Virus record (IMG/VR): IMGVR_UViG_3300030118_007055
Coordinates: 1-64,000 of that record
Strand: one strand, 5' to 3'
DNA length: 64,000 nucleotides
Source of the DNA: a virus
Shown: one piece after another, positions 1 to 6,878 of the stretch
Layout of the letters: each line of letters begins with the position of its first letter
How positions within the stretch are numbered: the first letter of the stretch is position 1
Position numbers and translations under genes: made by a program
The notes under the pieces: model-generated
Database searches by the model: none
Seen by the model: the letters and a program-made list of their open reading frames with translations, nothing else
Told to the model about the DNA's origin: nothing

Positions 1-31
1 AGGGGTGAGCAAAAAAAACACAAAAAAGTTC

Positions 32-60
32 TTGCTTTTAATTCTAATCTGTGCTATAAT
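32..60 (+). promoter_or_regulatory. sigma70-type early promoter, probably leaderless
   Basis: TTGCTT-17bp-TATAAT with extended -10 TG and upstream A-tracts; ATG at 67 is 6 nt after the -10. Confidence 0.8.
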
Positions 61-66
61 TACATC

Positions 67-306
67 ATGAGAAATTCCAATATCTATAAATTCACTGTCA
101 CCGAGTATATGCAAAATCCGCCGTCTTGCGGGGGCAACTGGGAGTGCGGGGAAACCACGTACGTGTACATGTCCCGCTCTGCGAAGCGGGCCACCTCCAT
201 GGAGGTCCGTCCATCCATCCGCGAGTATGGTGAGCAGGGTGTGCCTATCATGGGCCGCCAGACGCTCACCAAGGGCAACAAGGTCATCTTCGACAGGTGG
301 GATTGA
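67..306 (+). CDS. hypothetical early protein
   Basis: 79-aa ORF directly behind a consensus promoter; ends just before repeat copy 1; GC-richer than flanks. Confidence 0.7.
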   Translation: MRNSNIYKFTVTEYMQNPPSCGGNWECGETTYVYMSRSAKRATSMEVRPSIREYGEQGVPIMGRQTLTKGNKVIFDRWD

Positions 307-323
307 CCCGCGTAAAAACCTTC

Positions 324-400
324 GTAAGTCGTTCACTATCAACGACTTACGCGGCGCGGGCAGCCCCGTCGGCGTAACTCGTTGATGCTCAACGAGTTAC
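324..400. repeat. 77-bp double-palindrome element, copy 1
   Basis: GTAAGTCGTT-cactatc-AACGACTTAC, 23-bp GC spacer, GTAACTCGTTGA-tgc-TCAACGAGTTAC. Confidence 0.95.
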
Positions 401-469
401 ATAACATTATACGTATATCCCTGTCAAATCTTTTTTTAATATTTAAATTAAATATTTAATACTTTTTAT

Positions 470-498
470 TTGATATTTATCTATTTATCGTTTATAGT
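470..498 (+). promoter_or_regulatory. sigma70-type promoter, probably leaderless
   Basis: TTGATA-17bp-TATAGT; ATG at 505, 6 nt downstream. Confidence 0.7.
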
Positions 499-504
499 TT
501 GATC

Positions 505-711
505 ATGAACAATAGAATTGATGAAATAATGGCGCATTTAAATAGTGCATCTATAGACGGCGGTTTCTGCCTCTTTGTTGAAAATGGTGAAATCGTTGCT
601 AAAGATCTTCTTCATAATCCTGATGAACTCAATGATCAACTTGAGTTTAATGTTAGGTATGTCGGCACTGATATCTCTGACATTGAAGCGAAACCCTTAA
701 CAAAGAAATAA
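505..711 (+). CDS. hypothetical small acidic early protein
   Basis: ORF track 499..711; start moved to ATG 505 from promoter geometry. Confidence 0.7.
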   Translation: MNNRIDEIMAHLNSASIDGGFCLFVENGEIVAKDLLHNPDELNDQLEFNVRYVGTDISDIEAKPLTKK

Positions 712-715
712 AATC

Positions 716-904
716 ATGGACCCATCAGCAACAGCATTAATGCATGACATAGGCGAAATACTCGATGACTTCAGAGCTGACATGATAGAATCATATGACC
801 CCGATCATATGAAGTTCAGCATTCAAGACATCGAAGAGAAAACCGATAATCTAATAAAAGAAATAAAAGGATTGTTTAGTTCTAGCTATTCTTTTAATAA
901 ATAA
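716..904 (+). CDS. hypothetical small acidic protein
   Basis: 62-aa D/E-rich ORF closely following the upstream gene. Confidence 0.7.
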   Translation: MDPSATALMHDIGEILDDFRADMIESYDPDHMKFSIQDIEEKTDNLIKEIKGLFSSSYSFNK

Positions 905-920
905 AAAAGCAAAAAAATAC

Positions 921-949
921 TTGCACCCCTTTTAAATCTGTGGTAGATT
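921..949 (+). promoter_or_regulatory. sigma70-type promoter, probably leaderless
   Basis: TTGCAC-17bp-TAGATT with extended TG; ATG at 956, 6 nt downstream. Confidence 0.7.
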
Positions 950-955
950 AGAGAC

Positions 956-1213
956 ATGAAATTACAATCCTTAAATCCAACTCAACTAGCGTCATACTTA
1001 GCAGGTAAAACTGTCAGGTATACAAACACACAAAACAAATCATCCGTTACTGATAACGGAGTGAGAACTTTTAAAATCGAATCCATTGATAGGGTCGGTA
1101 GACACTGGGAAACAAGTGAGCAATTCATAACTGCAAAGGTCTCAGATGTTGATGATTCTGGAGTAGAAAAATATAGAAATTTATATATTGACAGCATCAA
1201 TGTCATAGTATAA
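956..1213 (+). CDS. hypothetical early protein
   Basis: 85-aa ORF behind promoter. Confidence 0.7.
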   Translation: MKLQSLNPTQLASYLAGKTVRYTNTQNKSSVTDNGVRTFKIESIDRVGRHWETSEQFITAKVSDVDDSGVEKYRNLYIDSINVIV

Positions 1214-1217
1214 AACT

Positions 1218-1272
1218 GGAGTTAAGGACGGATGGCGAGATGTTCATGGGGGTGAGTCTCGTCATCCACTCC
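1218..1272 (+). other. intergenic stem-loop (possible RNA processing site)
   Basis: GGATGGCGAGAT (1230-1241) pairs with GTCTCGTCATCC (1256-1267) using G-U pairs; GGAGT/ACTCC outer stem; no U-tract. Confidence 0.55.
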
Positions 1273-1304
1273 TTAAAAACTAAACTTAACAACAATAATA
1301 TAAT

Positions 1305-1523
1305 ATGGCAAAACCAACTGAATCAGTTCGCATTGAAGTAAAAACTAAAGATCAAGCAATCTTGCTTAACTATGCTCTCGGCGTAGTTCATCAAGCTCTG
1401 GCAGAGAGAATGTCAGACACAGCAGATGATAAACTTGATCTATTCATTGATAATGTAAAGTGGACACGCAAACACGCTAATACATTAAACGAAAAATTTG
1501 CGTTAAACGCAGAACAATCCTAG
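1305..1523 (+). CDS. hypothetical early protein
   Basis: 72-aa ORF. Confidence 0.7.
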   Translation: MAKPTESVRIEVKTKDQAILLNYALGVVHQALAERMSDTADDKLDLFIDNVKWTRKHANTLNEKFALNAEQS

Positions 1524-1532
1524 GAGGGTATA

Positions 1533-1903
1533 GTCACCGAGTTTAGACTCAGCCCCCTACAGCACAAAAGTTGTAGGTAAGTGACGATGAAACAAATCTT
1601 ACGCCAACCCAAAGTCGCTTCGGCGATGAGACTCACCGAGTGGTGGTGAGGGGCTAAGTAAAAACCTTGGTATGGTTATAAAGGGATTTACCGCCAACTC
1701 TACGGAGAACAATCCCAAACCTAAATACTGGAGGCAAGCCCCAACGGAGCGCTCCCGCCAGTAGGGAAGCCGTCGATAGTGACAGAGCGGTCTTTAAATA
1801 GACCTTAATAACTCGAAAACTATCGGCGGTTTCTTAAAATAAAGCCGTCGGCAGGAATAAGAGGGCTGTTATGCTCTTCAGAAACTGTCGGCGGTTTTTT
1901 TTT
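1533..1903 (+). ncRNA. putative structured non-coding RNA, family unknown, ending in a terminator-like stem plus U-tract
   Basis: no ORF >=60 aa; consecutive multibranch stems, cUUCGg and cUACGg tetraloops, two tandem related long stems, T9 at end. Confidence 0.55.
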
Positions 1904-1921
1904 GTGCTGTTAACTGCTTAT

Positions 1922-1998
1922 ATAAGTCGTTCAGTATGAACGACTTACGCGGGCGCGGCCCCCCGCGCGGCGTAACTCGTTGATACTCAACGAGTTAC
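1922..1998. repeat. 77-bp double-palindrome element, copy 2
   Basis: aTAAGTCGTTCA-gta-TGAACGACTTAC, 23-bp GC spacer, GTAACTCGTTGA-tac-TCAACGAGTTAC. Confidence 0.95.
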
Positions 1999-2097
1999 GA
2001 ATGATTCTACTCATACGCCGTGATAACTTTGTCAAGTAATAATATAATAAATATTTGTCAAGCAAATATTTAACCTAAACTTTTTTGTTTTTTTCTC

Positions 2098-2126
2098 TTT
2101 ACTTTTTTGTTTTCTGCGGTTATAGT
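2098..2126 (+). promoter_or_regulatory. sigma70-type promoter
   Basis: TTTACT-17bp-TATAGT; ATG at 2136. Confidence 0.55.
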
Positions 2127-2135
2127 TACCTCATT

Positions 2136-2960
2136 ATGTCACTTATATTCGCAAAAAATAAACTGGAGCCGATCACACGCCCAAGCGCAGGATCGGTTTG
2201 GACTTCACATAACGTTGAGACTCTCTCTGTAGATGATCAAATTCGGGCGGTTAGAACACCCCCCAAAACGGATAGCCATACGCCTATCCCTCACAGCTTG
2301 CTTGTCGATAAAACTCGCAACGCTTTAGATCGTGCAGGTTTCACCATCACTGAAGAAGAACACGCTCTCGCTCGTGGCGGTCAGCGTTACTTTGGTGGAT
2401 TCGCTTTGACTGGTGATGATATCAAAGGTAAGGATCGTAGACTGGTTTTCGGCTTGCGTAATTCTCACGACAAGTCCACAGCATCTTCCGCTTGCATGGG
2501 TAATTCTATGTTGGTTTGCGACAATATGTGCTTTTCGTCTGACGTTAAGCTCGCTCGCCGTCACACTGTTAACATTCTTCGGGATCTTGATGGGATGCTT
2601 GCCAAAGCTATCGGTCGCATCGTTTCGTCATGGCATGACATGGGCGAGAGAATTATGGCTTACAAAGATTCTGAGATCTCTCCTGAGAGGGCTTCTAATC
2701 TTGTTGTGGATCTTGCCGAGATCAAAGCTCTTCCAGAGCGTGACGTTTACAAGACTGTTAAAGAGTTTCGTAATCAGCCCCACGAGCAGTTCAGAGGCAA
2801 CACCCTCTGGAATTTGTACAACTCCGTAACTGAGAATCTCAAGGGCGGTGATTTGTCCAAGCTCCCAGAGCGCACTATGAAAATGCAGAGTCTTTTTGAT
2901 TCTGTTGCAGGTCATACGCCTGAGATCATAGAAGCTGAGGAGGTCGTTTTACCCGCATAA
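2136..2960 (+). CDS. DUF932/DUF945-family protein
   Basis: motifs PIPH...GQRYFG...GLRNSHDKS...VCDNMCF...RRHT...TLWNLYNSVTE; start moved to ATG 2136 (MSLIFAK). Confidence 0.8.
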   Translation: MSLIFAKNKLEPITRPSAGSVWTSHNVETLSVDDQIRAVRTPPKTDSHTPIPHSLLVDKTRNALDRAGFTITEEEHALARGGQRYFGGFALTGDDIKGKDRRLVFGLRNSHDKSTASSACMGNSMLVCDNMCFSSDVKLARRHTVNILRDLDGMLAKAIGRIVSSWHDMGERIMAYKDSEISPERASNLVVDLAEIKALPERDVYKTVKEFRNQPHEQFRGNTLWNLYNSVTENLKGGDLSKLPERTMKMQSLFDSVAGHTPEIIEAEEVVLPA

Positions 2961-2983
2961 CTAGCCCCGCCTTACCAACCACG

Positions 2984-3015
2984 CCCGCATCCCGAAAGGG
3001 GTGCGGGTTTTTTTT
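2984..3015 (+). terminator. rho-independent terminator
   Basis: CCCGCATCCC-GAAA-GGGGTGCGGG followed by T8. Confidence 0.9.
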
Positions 3016-3053
3016 GTGCTTTTAACTTGACAAGGGTTTAAGTAATAACTTAC

Positions 3054-3130
3054 GTAAGTCGTTCAGTATGAACGACTTACGCGGGCGCGGCCCCCCGCAG
3101 GGCGTAACTCGTTGATACTCAACGAGTTAT
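3054..3130. repeat. 77-bp double-palindrome element, copy 3
   Basis: GTAAGTCGTTCA-gta-TGAACGACTTAC, 23-bp GC spacer, GTAACTCGTTGA-tac-TCAACGAGTTAt. Confidence 0.95.
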
Positions 3131-3194
3131 GAAGCAAAACTATATGTCAAGCTATAATTAAAATTAATTTTAATTATATTAAATGATTTTTTAT

Positions 3195-3223
3195 TTGACC
3201 TAGAATATATCATAGTTTATATT
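3195..3223 (+). promoter_or_regulatory. sigma70-type promoter, probably leaderless
   Basis: TTGACC-17bp-TATATT; ATG at 3230, 6 nt downstream. Confidence 0.75.
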
Positions 3224-3229
3224 CAACCT

Positions 3230-3442
3230 ATGATAGAAGACTATCCAATAAATATAGATAAAGATAAAAGAGACTTCCAAGTCTTTATGTTACATCAAAA
3301 TGGCGACCAAACAATTAACGGATGGTTTACTTATGATGGTGCGGTTCAGTATATCAAGAAATATAAAAGTGAAAACTTGGATACTGACTTAGAAGTGACT
3401 AAGTTTGAAATATTGTTAGACAACACAAATGTAGTAATATGA
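3230..3442 (+). CDS. hypothetical protein
   Basis: 70-aa ORF, ATGA overlap with next gene. Confidence 0.7.
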   Translation: MIEDYPINIDKDKRDFQVFMLHQNGDQTINGWFTYDGAVQYIKKYKSENLDTDLEVTKFEILLDNTNVVI

Positions 3443-4143
3443 GATACTTAACACTTAGCAACTCAAAAATTTTAAAGGGATTCCAAAAAGGTTTCATAAC
3501 TTATGGTCTTCACTTCGCACCGTCTACTTTGTCGGGGCGTAATGTTTGCCCGAACGCATCCCCTGGATGTGCAGAGGCTTGTTTAAATACAGCAGGTCGG
3601 GGCATGATGAACATGGTGCAAGAGGCTAGGATAAACAAAACAAATAAATTCTTTAATAATAAGTTTGAGTTTGTGCTTCAGTTGGTAAAGGATATCCAAG
3701 CAGGTATAAGGTTTGCGACACGTAAAGAAATGAATGTTTGCTTTCGTTTAAACTTAACAAGTGATATCCGTTGGGAAAAATATGGCATCATGCAAGAGTT
3801 TCCAAAACAACAGTTCTACGACTACACAAAGAGTAAACAGAGAATGAGAGCTTTCCTCGGTCGTGGTCTAGGATATAACTCTGAAATGCCTCACAATTAT
3901 CATCTTACTTTTAGCAGAGACGAAACAACAGACATTGAGTTTATAAAAGAAGTAATTAAAAAAGGTGGTAATGTTGCAGTTGTGTTTGATGAGATTCCAA
4001 ATACTTGGGAGGGTATGGATGTTATCAGTGGCGACGATCATGACTTGCGCTTTACTGATCCTCATGGTAAAATAGTTGGACTACAAGCAAAAGGCAAAGC
4101 AAAGCAAGATAACTCTGGCTTTGTTGTAAAAGTAAAAAATTAA
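3439..4143 (+). CDS. phage Gp88-like protein (Cys-motif, probable metal/Fe-S binding)
   Basis: NVCPNASPGCAEACLNTAGRG, FRLNLTSDI, QFYDYTK, NYHLTFS, GDDHDLRF, VGLQAKGKAK. Confidence 0.75.
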   Translation: MRYLTLSNSKILKGFQKGFITYGLHFAPSTLSGRNVCPNASPGCAEACLNTAGRGMMNMVQEARINKTNKFFNNKFEFVLQLVKDIQAGIRFATRKEMNVCFRLNLTSDIRWEKYGIMQEFPKQQFYDYTKSKQRMRAFLGRGLGYNSEMPHNYHLTFSRDETTDIEFIKEVIKKGGNVAVVFDEIPNTWEGMDVISGDDHDLRFTDPHGKIVGLQAKGKAKQDNSGFVVKVKN

Positions 4144-4145
4144 AT

Positions 4146-4319
4146 ATGAAAGATGATATAATATATAAATTGAAAATAATAGGAGGCCCAGAACATAACA
4201 ATGTAAAAGGTTTTTTTACAGCTGACCAGTTGAGAAAAAAAATCTATCTACTAAGAAAACAATTTGGCAATGACTGGTCTTATGATATAGTACCATGTAA
4301 ACAAACACATTTAAAATGA
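4146..4319 (+). CDS. hypothetical protein, 57 aa (below ORF-track cutoff)
   Basis: read by hand: MKDDIIYKLKIIGGPEH...; ATGA overlap with 4316. Confidence 0.6.
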   Translation: MKDDIIYKLKIIGGPEHNNVKGFFTADQLRKKIYLLRKQFGNDWSYDIVPCKQTHLK

Positions 4320-4588
4320 AAGAAGTTAACTACACAAATCAAATCCGTTTTTTACTAACTAAGACTAATGTTCTTATAGACTTGCGATACGATAATTCCA
4401 AGGGGATTACTCACGCAGTCAAGACCCATCAGTTAAAGATGTATAAACCTATAACTAATATAGATGGCTCAGAGGTTCTTGAGGAAATGCCAAGTTACTA
4501 CTCAGAGAGTGACGAGATGAATCAGAAAGCAATTGAGTTGATTTATATGGATAGGCGTGGTAAGTTATCCGAAGGGATGACTCTATAA
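4316..4588 (+). CDS. hypothetical protein
   Basis: 90-aa ORF in operon. Confidence 0.7.
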   Translation: MKEVNYTNQIRFLLTKTNVLIDLRYDNSKGITHAVKTHQLKMYKPITNIDGSEVLEEMPSYYSESDEMNQKAIELIYMDRRGKLSEGMTL

Positions 4589-4655
4589 AAAAAATGCCAC
4601 ACGAAATAAGTTTAATCTTTGTTTTAGCAATCGCACTTTTAATTTTAGCACTAAG

Positions 4656-4835
4656 ATGACAAGCATACCACACGAACCAGATATAAAAGACCAAGAAAAA
4701 AAAGAGGTTTATACTAATCTCGCTAAGGTCGTAGGCGATGCTTGCGAAGCATGGCTTCGCAAGAAAGGCATCGGCACATATGGATTCAAAGAACAAATGA
4801 ATAAAGAATATAAACAGGCAAAAGCAAAAAAATAA
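4656..4835 (+). CDS. hypothetical protein, 59 aa
   Basis: read by hand: MTSIPHEPDIKDQEKKEVY...; preceded by a 21-aa hydrophobic ORF (4594-4659) with ATGA overlap. Confidence 0.55.
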   Translation: MTSIPHEPDIKDQEKKEVYTNLAKVVGDACEAWLRKKGIGTYGFKEQMNKEYKQAKAKK

Positions 4836-4962
4836 AAGTTTTGTTATACGCAACAAATACGCACCAGTTAGGAGTAGAGCGCAGAGAGATCCTGCGACGG
4901 GTTGTTTTCGGGGAGTCATTACCCCATTCTTTCTAACCTTTTGTGATCACCTAGCTGGTGCT

Positions 4963-5039
4963 GTAACTCGTTCAGCATGAACGAGTTACGCGGGGCGGCG
5001 ACCCCGTACTGCGTAACTCCTTGATAATCAACTACTTAC
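4963..5039. repeat. 77-bp double-palindrome element, copy 4 (diverged)
   Basis: GTAACTCGTTCA-gca-TGAACGAGTTAC, 23-bp GC spacer, GTAACTCCTTGATAATCAACTACTTAC. Confidence 0.9.
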
Positions 5040-5062
5040 GATATATAATATATATATAAAGT

Positions 5063-5091
5063 AAAAGGCCCACATTCGCGGGCCTTTATTT
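5063..5091. terminator. probable bidirectional terminator
   Basis: AAAGGCCC-acattcgc-GGGCCTTT between convergent units. Confidence 0.65.
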
Positions 5092-5202
5092 AATACTGGT
5101 TATTTGATCTGGGCTTATTAGTTATTAAGTTATTTGATATTAGATATTAGATCTGGGTATTATTTGTATGTGTTTATTTAGCCCCACTTATTTGATCTGG
5201 GA

Positions 5203-5361
5203 TCATTTGAAACTAAATATAGCTATTAGTAGTCCTATTATTATGGTTACCAGAATCGATATTGGAATATCCCACGGAGTGGCATAAAGTTTTTTATATT
5301 GTTTCGCCTCTTGTTTATTACGCTTTCTCTGGTTCACCCTTGGATTCATTTCTTCTTCCAT
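5203..5361 (-). CDS. small membrane protein
   Basis: MEEEMNPR...ISILVTIIIGLLIAIFSFK, C-terminal TM segment. Confidence 0.55.
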   Translation of the reverse strand: MEEEMNPRVNQRKRNKQEAKQYKKLYATPWDIPISILVTIIIGLLIAIFSFK

Positions 5362-5526
5362 GTTTATTATTACGCTTATTTGTAATCGACTTGAAGAATA
5401 TTGTTGTTTCAATTATGTCACATAACTGTACAATACATAAATTACAAAAATAAAAAATAATAGATATAAAACCGACTCTATCCGTGTCATTTGTTTTGTT
5501 TTGTTGGGGGTTATATATATACTACA

Positions 5527-5652
5527 CTAACCATCGCTCCAGTAGTCATCTATATCATCGTCCTCATGTGATGTTTTCTCCCCCCCTGTAATAGAGAGTA
5601 TAAGTAGAGAGAAGAACATAATAATAAAGCCCCAAGGGTAAAAATTGTCCAT
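5527..5652 (-). CDS. 41-aa membrane peptide with acidic tail
   Basis: read by hand: MDNFYPWGFIIMFFSLLILSITGGEKTSHEDDDIDDYWSDG. Confidence 0.5.
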   Translation of the reverse strand: MDNFYPWGFIIMFFSLLILSITGGEKTSHEDDDIDDYWSDG

Positions 5653-5878
5653 AGTTATTTAAAATGATTAAAAATTATATTTAATTAATTAAAAAGGGTA
5701 GACAGTATATCCAAGCTCTCCATATCATATCTTTCCAAACAAACCATTTTATATTCTTATATTGTAGTATTATATATATATCTATTGTATAAGGGTCTGA
5801 TGTATTGTATATGTATATGGGGGTATATGGTAATGTCTATGGTTATATAATTACAAACGAAGTAAAAATAATTTATAA

Positions 5879-5992
5879 TTACTTTGTATGTTGAATGGTG
5901 GCATACCAGATATTGTAGTAGAACATAGATAAAAACACAATAAGTAGTATATCGCTTCCTAATATTATAGAACTAACTAGAAGAAATATCAT
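5879..5992 (-). CDS. 37-aa hydrophobic peptide
   Basis: read by hand: MIFLLVSSIILGSDILLIVFLSMFYYNIWYATIQHTK; ATGA overlap with upstream gene. Confidence 0.45.
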   Translation of the reverse strand: MIFLLVSSIILGSDILLIVFLSMFYYNIWYATIQHTK

Positions 5993-6189
5993 TGAAAGGT
6001 TGTTACTCCATCTACATATAGATCTGCTTTATCTATATCCTGACCGTGCAAAGTACTCCAATAATGTGATGGCTTTTCTTGTGCTACTTCAATAGCTAAT
6101 CTCTGAGCTTCTTCTTCGTTGTTAGCTTTGACTTCTATAGGAAGAGTTACTTCAGTTACTCTATTAACATCGATGATATAACTATTCAT
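5989..6189 (-). CDS. small acidic phage protein
   Basis: IEVKANNEEEAQRLA motif common in small phage proteins. Confidence 0.65.
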   Translation of the reverse strand: MNSYIIDVNRVTEVTLPIEVKANNEEEAQRLAIEVAQEKPSHYWSTLHGQDIDKADLYVDGVTTFQ

Positions 6190-6514
6190 TTGTAATTACA
6201 ATATTAACTTGCCATGGGTGAGTTTTCCAATCTTGACCTCTAGCCTTCAATGTAACTGTATCTCCGACTTCTGCAAACTTTTTTAAACCAGTGATAGATA
6301 TTCTTTTATCTCCTCTGCCTTTAGCCTTATAGAAAGACACTTTACATTTTGTATTATCTTTATATCTACCAACTAATTCAAATCTATCTCCTGCATCTGC
6401 ATCTGAATATTTAAAATCAAAACTCTCTGCAAAATCACAGACTGTTTTATTGGCATCAATTATACTCTTGTTGAGCATAGTGTTTGTTAATTTTATAATA
6501 GCTTTTTTACTCAT
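6182..6514 (-). CDS. stand-alone B3/EcoRII-N-like DNA-binding domain (putative)
   Basis: LTNTMLNKSIIDA...SFYKAKGRGDKRISITGLKKFAEVGD resembles the N-terminal domain of MvaI/BcnI-family endonuclease proteins. Confidence 0.45.
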   Translation of the reverse strand: MSKKAIIKLTNTMLNKSIIDANKTVCDFAESFDFKYSDADAGDRFELVGRYKDNTKCKVSFYKAKGRGDKRISITGLKKFAEVGDTVTLKARGQDWKTHPWQVNIVITNE

Positions 6515-6520
6515 ACTGCA

Positions 6521-6623
6521 ATAATAATCTATATTAAAGGTAAGTCAAGAATAAATTTGCCCCGAATTTAAATTAATTTTATTTAAAAAAAAATGTTGAC
6601 CTAAATTGGATATCATCTATAGT
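6521..6623. promoter_or_regulatory. divergent sigma70-type promoter pair, both probably leaderless
   Basis: minus: TTGACT(6548-6543)-16bp-TATTAT-6nt-ATG 6514; plus: TTGACC(6596)-16bp-TATAGT-6nt-ATG 6630. Confidence 0.7.
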
Positions 6624-6629
6624 TGTCCC

Positions 6630-6878
6630 ATGAGTAATAAGAAAAGTAATCGTGGCAGACCGAGAGGAGCCACATCATTTGTAAGGGTTTCATTGAGAGA
6701 CTTGACACAACAGATAGGAGAGAATGCCTCAGTGGTAGTCTCTAAAAAATGGCTAGAAAGTATTACTGGAGGAATCGATGAGCTTCCACCTGCTAATATA
6801 GAAACTTCACAGATCAAAGAAGTTGAGGAGCCAACACCAGAAATTGAAAGAATCCAGTTCACAATCCACGATGATTAA
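6630..6878 (+). CDS. small protein with AT-hook-like RGRPRG motif
   Basis: MSNKKSNRGRPRGATSFV; start moved to ATG 6630. Confidence 0.65.
   Translation: MSNKKSNRGRPRGATSFVRVSLRDLTQQIGENASVVVSKKWLESITGGIDELPPANIETSQIKEVEEPTPEIERIQFTIHDD

Noticed and set aside
1533-1763. tRNA, tmRNA or RNase P RNA
   Set aside because: No TTCGA T-loop with acceptor stem and no recognisable conserved cores by eye.
1767-1832. Hammerhead ribozyme (TGAcaGAG...CTCGAAA)
   Set aside because: No CUGANGA core, and the flanking strands pair with each other, leaving no third stem or cleavage triplet.
2325-2915. Alternative-frame ORFs inside DUF932
   Set aside because: Shadows of a GC-richer gene, with no independent signals.
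422-3150. TGTCAA 15-32 nt downstream of repeat copies 1-3 as reverse promoters
   Set aside because: No -10 hexamer at 16-18-bp spacing; may still belong to the extended element.
4455-4919. 154-aa minus-strand ORF
   Set aside because: Antisense to three coupled plus-strand ORFs and compositionally implausible.
324-5039. 77-bp repeats as a CRISPR array
   Set aside because: Copies are 1.1-1.9 kb apart and enclose whole genes; the internal 23-bp spacers are related to each other; no cas operon.
324-5039. Canonical integron attC array
   Set aside because: Ends only loosely fit RYYYAAC/GTTRRRY, no clear extrahelical-base pattern, cassettes have their own promoters, and no IntI is in the window; kept as analogy only.
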